The notes beneath the pieces were generated by a model. It saw only the letters and a program-made list of their open reading frames with translations. It was not told where the DNA came from and did not search any database. A program made the position numbers and the translations under genes. A stretch of 63,862 nucleotides of DNA, the filler included, from Intoshia linei (taxonomy: Eukaryota; Animalia; Orthonectida): NCBI GenBank assembly GCA_001642005.1. It is 4 parts of 4 records of this genome, joined end to end, with 100 filler letters (N's around TTAATTAATTAA, not from the genome) between each part and the next. Parts side by side here need not be neighbours in the genome. Positions count along the whole stretch, not along the records: positions 27,374 to 54,241 come from LWCA01000459.1; 3 more parts are not named here. One strand, 5' to 3'. Positions within the stretch are counted from its first letter, which is position 1, and every line of letters starts with the position of its first letter. Below are positions 37,405 through 50,400 of the stretch, piece by piece.

Positions 37405-38499
37405 TTTCAATAAATATATAACTAAATTGTTTATTTATGTTGTGATGGTGTTTAGAAAAAATTGATGATTTTTGTACAAGAGAGAAATTTGTAATTTTAA
37501 AAAGATTAAAATGATTAGCATTATTGTTGACTCTAGTGTCATTTTTAACGATAAGCAGGTAAATGCTATTTAAATCTTTAAAATTAGTATATTGTAAATT
37601 AATCTGATTATAATTATAAGAGTCGAACAAATGTCAATTATAATTACAATTATTTAAAGTGTGGCTAGGTTTTAAGTCCAGTTTGTTTGGCATGTGTTAA
37701 ATTTAATGTAAATTCGGAGCTTCTCATGTTTGAGGGGTGAATGTAAATAAAACAATGAAACATTTCACCCATTATAAAATTTTCCAAGACGATGGATAAT
37801 GCCATACATCCTAACCAACTCCACGGGTCTAGAGATTAGACTTGTAGTTTAAATTTGTGGCTTAAAATATCACATGTAGTGGTATTCCAAAACATAATTT
37901 TGAAATCCTTAATTCGGAAAAATGATACCGAAGAGGGTCTCGAGTGCGCTAGATCCATATAAACACAATGATGTTAGAACGAAACTGAGATTATGATGAT
38001 CATTATATTAATTTTAGAGTCGACCCTTGTTGTTTTTGGACTCAATTTTACTTTTCGCTAGTATAAAAAATACCTGCAACGAATTTTCAGTGATTAGCGT
38101 TTATCTAAATCATAATTCTATATGGTATACAAAGTATTGAAATGTTAAAAAAACTTTATCCTAGTCATTTGGTTTACGAAAATTTCACAATGAATAAAAA
38201 TGATTACAAAATTACTGAATCTTTCAATATACAGAATGTGTGTAAAAAAATGAAAGCTTGTGTAGGTTAAATATTTCTAATTTTTAATTCAATTCTAATT
38301 TTAGCAAAATTAAACCTCGTAGGAATAAACAGACACTTTGAATATATTCAAGTATTGGGAAAAATTTTTTGCAGTAATTTTTTCATTTTTTTTATAATGA
38401 TAATTTTAGAAATAAATTCTCTTAAAAAAAGAGCTAATTACTATAATCAATGTGAAATTATTGTAAGTTTAAATTTATTACTATTTATATTACAACTAG

Positions 38500-39225
38500 A
38501 TCATTTCTATGAGTAATGGCGTCCCTAAAGATATTGTATCTCTCATCATGTGCGCTCACACAGCTAATAAATTGGTTTATTCGTTTTCTTTTTATATTAT
38601 TTTATCTATTTAATTCAGGACACTACTATTAATGTTTATAATTTGAATCAAGATTGTGATTATTTAAAGGAGGTAATTTTAGGTATTTTAATTCAAATGT
38701 TAAAAAAAATTAGTAAAAATTACTTTTGTATAGTTGAGACTCTCAACTCATGTTAGTGTTATATTTTCAGGAATAATTTTGTTTACATTTATTTATCATT
38801 CATTAGATTTGCAATAAATCTCTTGGAAAGTATTATAAAACGAATCGATACAATAATTTATATTATGAATTATTGGTAATTATTTTTTATTTGTTAATAA
38901 TAATGAAATAAATAATGTAAATGAATTTTTTAATTTTTAGTGGCTTTATGGACCAAAATCAATTAAAAATCCAATTATTCAAACTAAAAATCATATGGCT
39001 GCCACTTGTTTTTGCCATTCTAAAATTATTGATATTGGATTTGTTTGCTCAACCTGTTTATCAAGTATATTGAAATAATTTTATTTTTTTTATTTTTTTT
39101 AGTTTATTGCAGCTTTCAACCTATATGCTCCAAATGCTGGTATTTAATTTTTTATCTATTCAAATATATTATTTTTAATTAGTTCAAGAATCGTGTTAAC
39201 AAAACCAGTCAATAAATTTAATTGA
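38500..39225 (+). CDS. GTF2H3: TFIIH subunit p34/Tfb4; six 3' exons (5' exons probably within 37.8-38.4 kb, unresolved)
   Basis: IISMSNG...IMCAHTANKL|DTTINVYNL...YLKE|ICNKSLGKYYK...ELL|WLY...AATCFCHSKIIDIGFVCSTCLS|IYCSFQPICSKC matches the Tfb4 signature ACFCH...IGYVCSVCLS.FC...C..C. Confidence 0.9.
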
Positions 39226-39591
39226 TTTAAAATCATGTTTGAGGAAGTATTTTCCAATCGTATTTAATGTATCTGATTTTGTACTTGCAAGTAGAATTCA
39301 CAATTTTTTTAAGTATTGTTTTATTTGCTCCTTCAGTAAATTTTATTTTATATTGAAATACCTATACTTTTTAATTAAATATTTTATTTATATGTAAATT
39401 TAAATTTTAAATAATAAAAGTGACCACTATTGGATATTCAGTAATATTAATTAATTGATTTTTCGACATTAGATTAGATTACATTAATAATTAAATTAGT
39501 TAACGGACCGGGTTTTGGGAATCGAATTCATATATATTCAGCCTGAATATATATCATCACATTGAAAATGACAAAATAGGTTTTAATAATT

Positions 39592-39711
39592 TTATTTTTT
39601 CTGGAATTTATGCTATTTATGACAATTTTTAGAATTGGACTTTCTTTAATTTTATTTTTTCTGGAATTTATGCTATTTATGACAATTTTTAGGATTGGAC
39701 AGTTTTTACTT
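39592..39711. repeat. 60-bp tandem duplication within the repeat shared with 587-702
   Basis: ctggaatttatgctatttatgacaattttt occurs at 39601 and 39661. Confidence 0.8.
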
Positions 39712-39819
39712 TATTTTTAAAATTTATACACACATTCTGTCTAATAAATTAAAAAAATGGGATAACAATTGTTTTTAAAATTATTTACGCAATATTAAAC
39801 AAAAAATTAAGATGGAATA

Positions 39820-40010
39820 ATTCACTTTAAAGTAAAAAGTAATGTCATATGATGGTTCCACCCGAAACAAGTTTGGGAACCACTCCTTTAAAGGATTGAT
39901 AATAGTGAATAGTAGGATTTTCAACGTCAATTCATATTTTTGGTATAATAAAAATGTGCCCTCGGCAGAGTTAGGTGCTGTTTGTGCGTAGTACATAACA
40001 GTCAACCTAG
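39820..40010 (+). mobile_element. Helitron-like 3' fragment (hairpin + CTAG)
   Basis: ...ctgtttgtgcgtagtacataacagtcaacCTAG|t. Confidence 0.7.
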
Positions 40011-40313
40011 TATCTTTATACTAACGTTGTAAAACGAGGAATAAAAAAAATGAAGCTAAATTTACATTTATACAAAATATTGATTAAATTGCAATCTTAT
40101 TGTACCTCGGTCACCCAGTTGATTTCTTTTCTTTATGAAAATGTCATTAATTACAGAAAATGTGACTTCGACCAACATTATTGTAGGAAATGATATCATT
40201 GAAGATTTGTCAATTTTAAAAATGGATGGACTCAACGAAGTACCACGCCCCCTTTTGGTCACTGTATTAGTCAATGGCATCAAAAAAAGGTTGGGGACCC
40301 CTGGTATATTGTA

Positions 40314-41190
40314 CACTGCGTTCCAAGTTATTATGCAAACATTAATAATTTAAAAAGTAGTCACTTAATTCTCTTAATTTTTTTATCATATTTATATATT
40401 CAACTAATAATACTTCAATGTCCCAAGAAAAATGAATACACTAAAATTTAAGAAAATTTTGTGATTTTTGGTGTGCTAAATTATTATGCAAATGAATATT
40501 AAACAATAATTTCTTGTTAATACGAATAAATAAATTTTTTTAAATATTTAAATAATATAATCCATTGTATTTTAAACCAAATTCAAAGAAAAAAAATGTA
40601 ATTAAACTTTACATATTACTTTTATTTACCCCCTTTCTGGTATATTACAAGAAAAAGTCGTTTATCCATGGATTTCGTGAGGTTTTCAATTGTTTTTACA
40701 TCGATTGTTTTGATTTCTTTCAAAATTGCATGCTATAGATCGTTTTTGATTGATATTGTTTATTCCCACTGTATTTCTTTTTTTTAATTATGGACCATAG
40801 ATTTTCAATACAATCAAGATCGGGAGAATTTGGCGGTCAACACATTATTTTTTTTGATCCATAGCCATTTGATGAAAGATATTCTTTTGTATGACGGGAT
40901 GCGTGACTTGGGGCATTATCTTGCATAAAAATGAAATTTTTAATAAAGCTTTTTCCTCTTCTTTTATCCACGAAACAATGTTATTTTTTAAAAACGAGCA
41001 GTATGTTTCAGAATTAATTTTGACTCCATTATCTAACTGAAAAGGTTTAATAATAGTTTTTTCACAATGCCTGCCCAAATTATTATACTACCACGCCTTA
41101 AACGGTTTAGTGGTGATCTGTTATTCACTAACCCTTACTTCACGAATCTGGCCCATCTAAAGATATTTTGGTTTAATCGGTAAAAATTAC
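40314..41190 (-). mobile_element. Degenerate Tc1-family transposon
   Basis: Broken frames FTD...SLDGPD, FMQDNAPSHAS, PPNSPDLDCIENLW; ta|cactgcgttccaagttattatgcaaa TIR with an inner repeat at ~40480. Confidence 0.85.
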
Positions 41191-42324
41191 ATTCGAAAAT
41201 TTATATTATGTTTATTAAATATTTCTATCTATAATAATTTATATTTTTTTTCTAGTTTTCATTCTACTAAATTTTTCAATGTTGAACATTCAACTGTTGA
41301 GTTGTTCAACTGCATCAAAAATAATACATAGATTAATGATAAATGATCATTATATACATAAAAAGTAAACGATTGGTCCTATAAAATTTTTTAAATTTTT
41401 TCCAATATTAATACACGAATTAAAATATCTTAAGGGCACATTTACCACGCCGTCCCCTGTACCCCACCTAGATTCGATACTGCTCCACGGTCCTGGATAT
41501 GACTGTCATGTTATTGTATTATTCAAAAAAATTGACACGCACATAATTTTTTAATTTGATTATAGAGCTCCTAAGAGTTTCATTGATTTTGAACCGTAAC
41601 AAATAACGAATAAAGTGCTTTTTTGCTATATTTTGCGAAAATATAAAATTCGTTTATCATGTTTCTTCTAAGTAACGATGTCTTTAACAAACTATCCCGC
41701 TTAATGGCCAAGCATTCGGAAGTTCCCACTCGGAAATAATTTGTTGATAAAGTTGGTAGCCTGTATTATTAATGTATTGTAAATTCTTAAAAATGGGGGA
41801 TAACGCAAAATGGGTTGGAAAACACTAGGTTAAACGTTAATATTAATAGTTTATCATCTCGCCAAAATAGAGTACTCCATGTCTTTTGATCATCATTCGT
41901 TTCACTCAAATGTAATGATTCATTAAAAATTGTCATTATTATTAATTTTTTTGGGGGTCCACAGCGAAAAATGATTGAGAATGCCTGCCTTAAATGATAA
42001 CTAACAATTAATTCCTTCTTAGCTTCAGTAACTTGCTGTAAATAGAGATTGAATAAGTGTTAATAGTTATTGCGTAAGTAATAAAATATTTTGACATATG
42101 TCAATAGAGATTGAATAACAGTCAATCGGGATCACAAAACCCTATATATATTCTTTATATACACTAATTAATTAATGTATAAGTAAGGTGTGTCTTTATT
42201 AACGAAACGCAAGTTGATTGGAAAGTAAAAAAACGGCCAAATTTCTACTTTTCGGAATACCCTAATGCAAGAGGATAAATTAAAATTAATAAAAAATTTA
42301 ATTACATTCATGAAAGAATATAAG

Positions 42325-42765
42325 TTAAGATTTTTTAGAATGTGACTGTATTATTTTGTGTTCCTTACTCCATGATCGACTTTTTACGATTGACTGTAAA
42401 ATGTCATAAAGTACCTGCATTTCTTTTAATTGAATTATTTGATGCCTTTGTAAGTATTTATAAGATAAGATTAAGTGTACTGTTGACTCTGTTTGTGTTT
42501 TAATTAATTTCTCATTTTTTAATATGTTATGCTTCGGTTTTCGTTTTATTACGATTTTACTTATCGTATTCCAAGCTATAATATTACGACTGATATTTAT
42601 AGTTTTACTTTTTCTGATCTTCATAGATGATAAGACCGTGTTTTTCGTTTCCTCCTTGTCTTTTCCAAACATTTTTTTCGAACATTTTCGTATTATCTTA
42701 GGACAATTAACCTCTTCTATACATATCAAAACTAGGACAAGTAAAATGCATTTAAAAAGCAACAT
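42325..42765 (-). CDS. Putative secreted basic orphan protein, 146 aa
   Basis: A 441-nt ORF is long for this AT content; hydrophobic signal-like N-terminus MLLFKCILLVLVLICIEEVNC; Lys/Ile-rich; no recognised domain. Confidence 0.45.
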   Translation of the reverse strand: MLLFKCILLVLVLICIEEVNCPKIIRKCSKKMFGKDKEETKNTVLSSMKIRKSKTINISRNIIAWNTISKIVIKRKPKHNILKNEKLIKTQTESTVHLILSYKYLQRHQIIQLKEMQVLYDILQSIVKSRSWSKEHKIIQSHSKKS

Positions 42766-43538
42766 TTGTGTATATATTTACTTATAAGATTTACTTACTA
42801 CGACGTAATAAGATTTTTAATTTATTTATACATATATGTATATATAGTCAAAAGGGCATAATCCTATTTACATAACGATATAAATCATGCTTTTATTTAC
42901 AAAAACATGAATTTCATTATGAAATGAGGACTTTGTGTATTATGTCCAAATTTTGGTTTAATTTTTACGTGTCCATTCATAATACACATATGTATCGTAA
43001 ATCAAATTTTAGTTTATTTGGAGTTGTATAATGTAAAGCCAAAATTACATATCTATGATTGCAAAAAATATTTTTGGCTTAAAATTGTTTTTAAATAAAC
43101 TAAAGTTTAAGTAATCGAACGTGACTATATCGAAATATCACTGTATATTATATATCACTACAGACCCCTACGATGATATTGCAAAAAAATCTGTGGACCC
43201 CAAAAAAAATATATATATTATATCCATTACTAATATAAAATTTAATGTGTGTGCTACCGTTTATTTGAAAAATCCACTTGCTAATAAAAATTTTCCAGAG
43301 TGATGCATCATTGCAAATTTTATTTTCCGAAATTGAGTTCTTCATGGTCAAAAAGCAATTTTATTTTTTTAAAAATAAAATCAACACTACTATTTTAAAA
43401 ATAATATATAATGGAACCAGTTTGAAACTAGTTACCATTGGCGTAAATCATAACCTCATAAACTTAAACCTTTATATTCAAAACCCTAAATTAGACATTT
43501 TTTTAATAATGGAAAATGTCGTAAATTTTTATTAAACA

Positions 43539-44002
43539 GTAGGTTGACTGTTATGTACTACATACAAACAGCACCTAGGTTTGCCGAAAGCACATTTTTA
43601 TTATACCAAAAAAATAAATTCACGTTGAAAATCTAACTTAAAAATCCACTATTCACTATTATCTTTAAAGGAGTGGTTCCCAAACTTGTTTCAGGTGGAA
43701 CCATCATATCACATTACTTTTTACTTTAAAGTGACAGTGATTATAAAAAAAACGTAATTGCTGGTTTTGGCCCTGAAGATATAATTTTTTTAATTCTCCA
43801 ACTCGTTTGATTTTCAAAAAAGTACAATTAAAGTTTTTGACCCAATAACATGTGAATTTGCGAGGTTGAAATTTATTTTTCTAACACCGGGAAAAAACTG
43901 TAATTGAAATGTGAACTTTATAAAATTCTAAGACTGGTAGTTATTGAAATAAAGTAGAACACACACAAACAAATATTGCGTAGCATATTATATAAGTAAG
44001 GA
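43539..44002 (-). mobile_element. Complete short non-autonomous Helitron-like element (~464 bp) in an A^T site
   Basis: Minus strand: a|TCcttacttatataatatgctacgc ... hairpin ... gtcaacCTAC|t (CTAG variant); no TSD. Confidence 0.75.
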
Positions 44003-44803
44003 TAATTTATGACATGAACGTAAGAATTATCATAAGTAGCAATCCCATAAAATTTTTATGGGTGTTTTCAACATAGGTTGGATGTTTTAATTTTTTACTT
44101 ATATATAATTTTGATGGACCAAAAAACTGTTGTGGACCCGTTAAGAATGGTCAGCGTATATAACGAGGTAAATTTTCATGTTCGCGAATCGCAATGTTAC
44201 TTATAACAAGGGAATACTGGATTTATAAAATATACAATATTTGTCGTTATAATTGATGTTAGACTAATTAAATTTTAATTATTAGTGAATAAGTAGTTAA
44301 TATTATATTTACGTTGTGTGTAATTATAATTTTATGAATTCATTATTATAACTTAATCATAATTATTTATAATTAATAATTGATGACCTGTGCTTCAAAA
44401 TATAGACGGCATTTATGTAATGATTTGTTACGCCTCTTTAAATATTTGACATTTCAAATGTAATGAATAAATTGTATTGTTATGAAAAAACCGTAAATAT
44501 CGTTTATTCATTAAAAATTGTAATATTAATGTATATTGATATAATCTGGAAGCTCAATGTGGTAATTTGTGTATTAATTTTCAATTTATTTACGAATACA
44601 CTTGCAAACATTTCACTAATTGCTTTAGTTTATTTCATAAATGTTGACATTTATTGTTGATTGTTGTGATAGTACCTACTGCACATATCTTTATTAGTTT
44701 AAAATCATTTCTTTGTGAACTAAATAATTTTACATACTTTCAAGATTCAAAACTTAAAATAGTTACAATTTACTGAAACAAAGTTACGAATTGATTAAGT
44801 ACA

Positions 44804-47212
44804 ATGAATTCTCACATTGATGCTTACAGAAAAGAATTAAAAACCCTTACATTCAACTCAAAACCAATAATAAATGTTCTAACAATGTTGGCAGATGATA
44901 ACAGAAAAGAGGCATCAAAAATAATTCGTCAAATTGAAAATAGAATTAGAGAGGTTGCATTTAATTTGTTCAAATTTAATCTTATTAGGTTCCATCACCA
45001 ATAAAATTATCGTTACTGTACTTGCTTGATTCCATTATCAAAAATATCAAGGATGATGGAAAGTACATACGAATCGTGGAAGAAAATATTGTAGATACTT
45101 TTTCTCACACGTTCGAAAAGGTATTTTACATCGAGATAGTTGATTATATAATAAACAATTATTTCATTCTTACAATAGCTGATGTAACCATTTACTTATT
45201 CAATCATGTGGTATTGGCTATATTTTCGACAGATTCGAAAACTTATCTACTGTTTTCAAAAATTGTATTTATTCGCTTGTTTTTATAGTTTCGTTGTTTT
45301 ATATTTTGTCGCAACTTGTTTTATCGCGTATTTAATGCATTTTTAGGGAAACGAAAAAATTAGACAGTCTTTATTCAAATTAAGAAATACTTGGATTAGA
45401 ATAATTGATAAATATGTGTTGAAGGAAATTGATGAATCAATCAGATTGTTGGATCCGGCCTGGCCGATTGGTAAAATTGATAGCTCAATTTACGTGAATC
45501 CATATTTTATTTTGGATTCAGAAAAAAGAGGTGTACATAATGGCGATCAGCGTGATGTAGATGAAAAAACTCAAGTTAAACATAAAGAAAGTAAGTCTAC
45601 CGACACTGAACTGAGCAGCATGGATTCTGAAATTTACGAAAAACAAAAAAGACTTGATATTTTGTTGAGAACAAGGGACATGAAAGTGGTAAACATGAAA
45701 TCAATTCCAAGTATCGAAATGAATAACCATCATATATCAGAAATAAAACATAAAATTCCGAAAATTAAGGAACCAGATCCAAAGAAAAGAAACGTTGAAA
45801 AAAAAATTGTGGAAAAACCTACGACTAGTCAATTCACTCCATTTAATAACGATGAATTACAGAAATTGAAGGATTTGAGCAATCTTTTAACGATTGTCCA
45901 GCCAAAATTATCGAAAACGACTTTTGATAACGAAGATACACCGAAAAATAATGATACTCACGATTATGTGGATAATCAAGTCATTGTTACCCAAGCTGCG
46001 AATGTTTTTGATATTGATATAGACACTTTTACTCCTCCAGGAATTACTAGAAAAATTCCACCACCTCCAACTCAAAAGTATCCAAACCGTATAGCACATA
46101 CTTTTCCATTCCCAAATGATTCTAATCTACCAATTAACCGAAGAAATGCTTCACAATTTTCAAGACACGGTGATGTGGGATCGTCGTCAATATTTTATCA
46201 AAAACCACTGTATTTTCCAGCTAACGAAGCAACCAATTATAATAGACCTCAAATTCATTATCAGCACGATTACAATAAAATGAAATTACAATTTGACCAA
46301 AAACCTTTAAATAACTCGAAAAAACCGCGTTCTTACCAACATGGACAGTTCAGTAACAGTAATTCATTTAATTCAAATCACAAAAATGATAAAATTAACA
46401 ACCAAGTATTATCCATTTTGCAGAAAGCAAAGCTTTCTGGAAATATGAACAAACCAGTTAAAGATAATATCAATGTTCCAGAAGTAGTCAACTACTTAGT
46501 TAGATCAGGAGTCATAGATCCAAAAATGATTAAACAAAATATTTTTTACGAAATTCCAAATTTAAGAGATTTTTATCTTCCTGATTTTAAAAGGTTTTAT
46601 AATTGTTTAGTTTTACTAAAAATTAATTAAATTTTAGGAGATATGAACCTTTGATAACGAAGTTATATTCTGGTTCCTCATGTTCGAGTCTGTGTGGACG
46701 AAGATTTATGCTACCTGCACAGAAACTAATCTACGAAAAACATTTGGATTGGCATTTTCGTCAGAATCAACTTACTATTAAACAAACTTATGTGACTGAA
46801 AGAGAACTGTACATATGTTGCGATGATTGGTTTGTTTATGAAGATGATATCTATGTTGATGAAACTACACGTACAATTTTTTTATACTTTACCATTTTTA
46901 TTTTAGTGAAAAGTGACGTTTTTGAAAGCAAAAAAAATGATCTTGAAACTTTAAAAAAAACTGTCACCTCCAATTGTACAGAAGTATCTAAATTAAATGA
47001 TGATAATGTATTTTTATTTATTTTCTTTATAATTTTATTTCTAGACATGCATTGTTTGCCAAGAAACTTTTGATGTGTTTTATGATCAAGATGAAGATAT
47101 TTGGAAATTTAAAAATTGTGTCAAATTTGATGATAAGGTAGTTATCATTATGTTCAGTTTTTTATTTTATATTTAGTTTTTTCACCCATCTTGTCTTGAT
47201 GATTATAAGTAA
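44804..47212 (+). CDS. PCF11: Pre-mRNA cleavage complex II protein Pcf11; exons 44804-44953, 44989-45120, 45347-46593, 46638-~46870, ~46907-47007, 47045-47137, 47177-47212
   Basis: CID domain LTFNSKPIINVLTMLA...LYLLDSIIKN...LFKLRNTW...LDPAWP; C-terminal CSSLCGRRF...HLDWHFRQN and CIVCQETF...W...HPSC zinc motifs. Confidence 0.95.
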
Positions 47213-47492
47213 TTGATTATTTTTGAAATATCTTGTAAAAATCATGTTTATACCGTTAATTTATTAATAAAAATTTGCTCTGCATTTATTTTTCAATATG
47301 TAGTGTACTTTGATTCACTTTTCTATTTCTTTTATTCGATCCATAAGTTTGTCGTGAAATTTTATAGTTTTTAAATCTGACTATCAAATTCTGCCCAATT
47401 TAAGTTTATCTCGTCTCCGAATTGTAAAGTCCCTCACAAATGCAACTTGATGAAAATTTCAAATTAAACAAAGCTGAATTTTAAATTTTAAT

Positions 47493-50400
47493 TTAATATA
47501 TGCTTTTAGTTTCGTCATCATATTTGTAACGATAAGGTAAATTCAAATTATCAATATAATCACTAAATTTAAAATAAAATAATTTAATTTAAATTTACTT
47601 TAAAAGTTTGAGAGCCGTATCCACTGAATCAATGATTGTATAACATTCCTGAAACGTTGTCACACTTTTTGGAATTTTACAAGTTAGTTTCGGTTCAAAT
47701 TCAACTATTTTGGCTTTTTTTGAAAGTGAAAACTATTAATATATTTAGAAATGGTAATTATATATTATTAAAGGCAAGCTCGAATAAAAATGGTCTCTGC
47801 ACGCCAATATTTTTTAAGTAAGGTCTCGATCCACTATAATTTACTATATATTTACCTCCAATTCATCTTTACAAGACAAAAGTCCTAACATGTATTATAT
47901 ATTATAAGATTACAAAGGGTTAAATACCTGCTCCATAAACTTTAGTTATTTCATTTTCTTTACACAATCCAAATTCAATTGTGAAAAAATAACATGTAGC
48001 GATATCATCCACTATTTCGTCAGAAACTCCGATAGATGCTAATCCTAACATTTGCGAAAAATCCGCAATTTTTTTATCCATTAACATTGGTACATGTCCT
48101 AATAATTCGTGACAACAGTCGCTAAATTAACTATGATATATTTTAACTTTTTCAAATCAGCATTTACAACTTTTACAATTATAGTTTACTTTATTTAGAT
48201 TAACAAAAAATGTGTTTGTACGAAGTACAAAACAGCCTAGCTAGTACATGTATAATAAACATGACAATGTAAGTAAAATGAAAGTCAATAAACAAATTAA
48301 AAAGTACGGTTCAGGAGTGTAGAAGGGATATTTTGAGTGTCGAATATATTGGGTACAGTAGAATGTTCTAAATGCAAGAGCAGCCAAAAAGTCTCGAGGA
48401 GAGAGATATCCTGCTACCGGTCTAATGTTCATGTTTGACCATTCTAGATATTAAAATATAAAATAAAGGAAGCTAAAATATATACAAAATATGATGTACA
48501 AGTCAACACTTTTCACAACTGATACTTTTAAAAAAATTGTCAGTTTTGAGAGTGTCGACTAGTGTGTTCAATTTTTGTAAAATGTACTGAGTTATTGGAC
48601 TTTTTTTGTATTAAGTTTGAAAAATTATTTATGGAAAAAGAAAAGAAATAATTAAATAACAATTGAATCATGTTTTCAATCAATTATCTAATCTTTACTT
48701 ATATAATATGTTGACGTAAGATTTGAAATTGGAAGGTTGAAATTAAGTTTGCAAACACCCCGGAAAAAACTGTAATTGAAATGTGGACTTTATAAAATTC
48801 TAAGGCGGGTAGTTATTTAAATAAAGCTGGACACACAGACACACAAAAATCGCATAGCATATTATATAAGTTAGGATATGATACATTCAAAACTTTAAAA
48901 GTTAATGGGAAATGACCGGTCCATGGTGACATTATTTTGGAAACCACTTCTTTAACAATTGGTAATAGTGAATAGTAGAATGTTGATGTAATATTTTATT
49001 ATTGAATTTATTTTTCCGGTAGAATTAAAAAGTCCGTCGGTAAATCTAGGTGTTGTTTGTACTCAGTACATATATACATTTATATAAAATTACTTTTTAA
49101 AATTTTCGAAACAGCTATAAAGTCTGGTATAGCTTTTGAACTAAAAATATATTATAAAATTTGCTTGCAATATCAATGGTGATGAGTTACCAATCTGGGA
49201 TTCAAAATCCAGTAATTGACATTAAATGACTTAAGATTTTCACAAATGACTCAAAAATAGTTGATTACGGAAATTCATGACTATAATTTTCAAATTAGGC
49301 AGTGTGAGTCACACAATGTATTTAGTAAATTTTAATTATAACCCTTACGAGACAATTGCATGTATAGATGCCAAAAACTACACTCATAAATTTATATTGG
49401 TTTGTATAGATGCCAAAAACTACACCAATAAATTTACATTGGTTTGTATACAAACCAAAATAAGGCGGTACCAATATAAATTATGAACAAATTACTGCTC
49501 ATACAATAACATGTAATACACTCCGTCCAATAATTATAACAATACTATCATTTTGTTAATAACAATTATATTTGTAGATCAAAATTTATGAAAATTGGCA
49601 TGTTGGACATGCACAATGTAAGGTTGTCATATTAAAAAAAATAATTGAAAAAAAAAAAACAAAATTAACTGAAGTTTTTTAATAAAAACGTTAAAAATAC
49701 AAAAACACGAGCGTCCATAAATTATAACAACACAACTATTTATTAATTATAATGACTATATATGCTACATGAATTTCTTTCAATATCTAATTGACTTTTC
49801 TCCAACCTTTAATACTTCGATTGCACGATTTTTTACAAAATCTGATAATTTTAAAAACGTTTCATCCAAAATTTTCTCCCATGAATACATTACGGCTTTT
49901 GTTAGTTCATTAATGTTGTTATATTGTTTATTTCCACCATAGAGACATCGAACCATTATACCCCAAATATTTTCTATAGGATTGAGATCTGGAGACACAG
50001 CAGGCCAGTCCATAATATTAAAAAAATGATCATTTAAACATAGTTTTGTCGCCTAAATTTGTGACAAATCGCATTATCTTGTTGATAGATCAAATTTCTT
50101 CATAAATTTTCGTTGTGAGGAAAAAGAGGTATGAGGTTATGCTCTATAACTGTTTGGTACTTAATAGAGTTTATATTACCATCTACTTTGACAACACATT
50201 TTATACCACCACTTGAAAAAGCTCCCATATCATAACACCCCTTCACCAAATCTTCTACTGACCTAACTAAAACAGTTATCAGTAATTTTATCAAGCTTTC
50301 ACGAGTTATATTTTGTGATTGTTAACTTATCCATGTTTTCAAAAGTTTTATCCTACATATATTTGTATATAACAGATGTTTATATATACGTTAAATAGCG

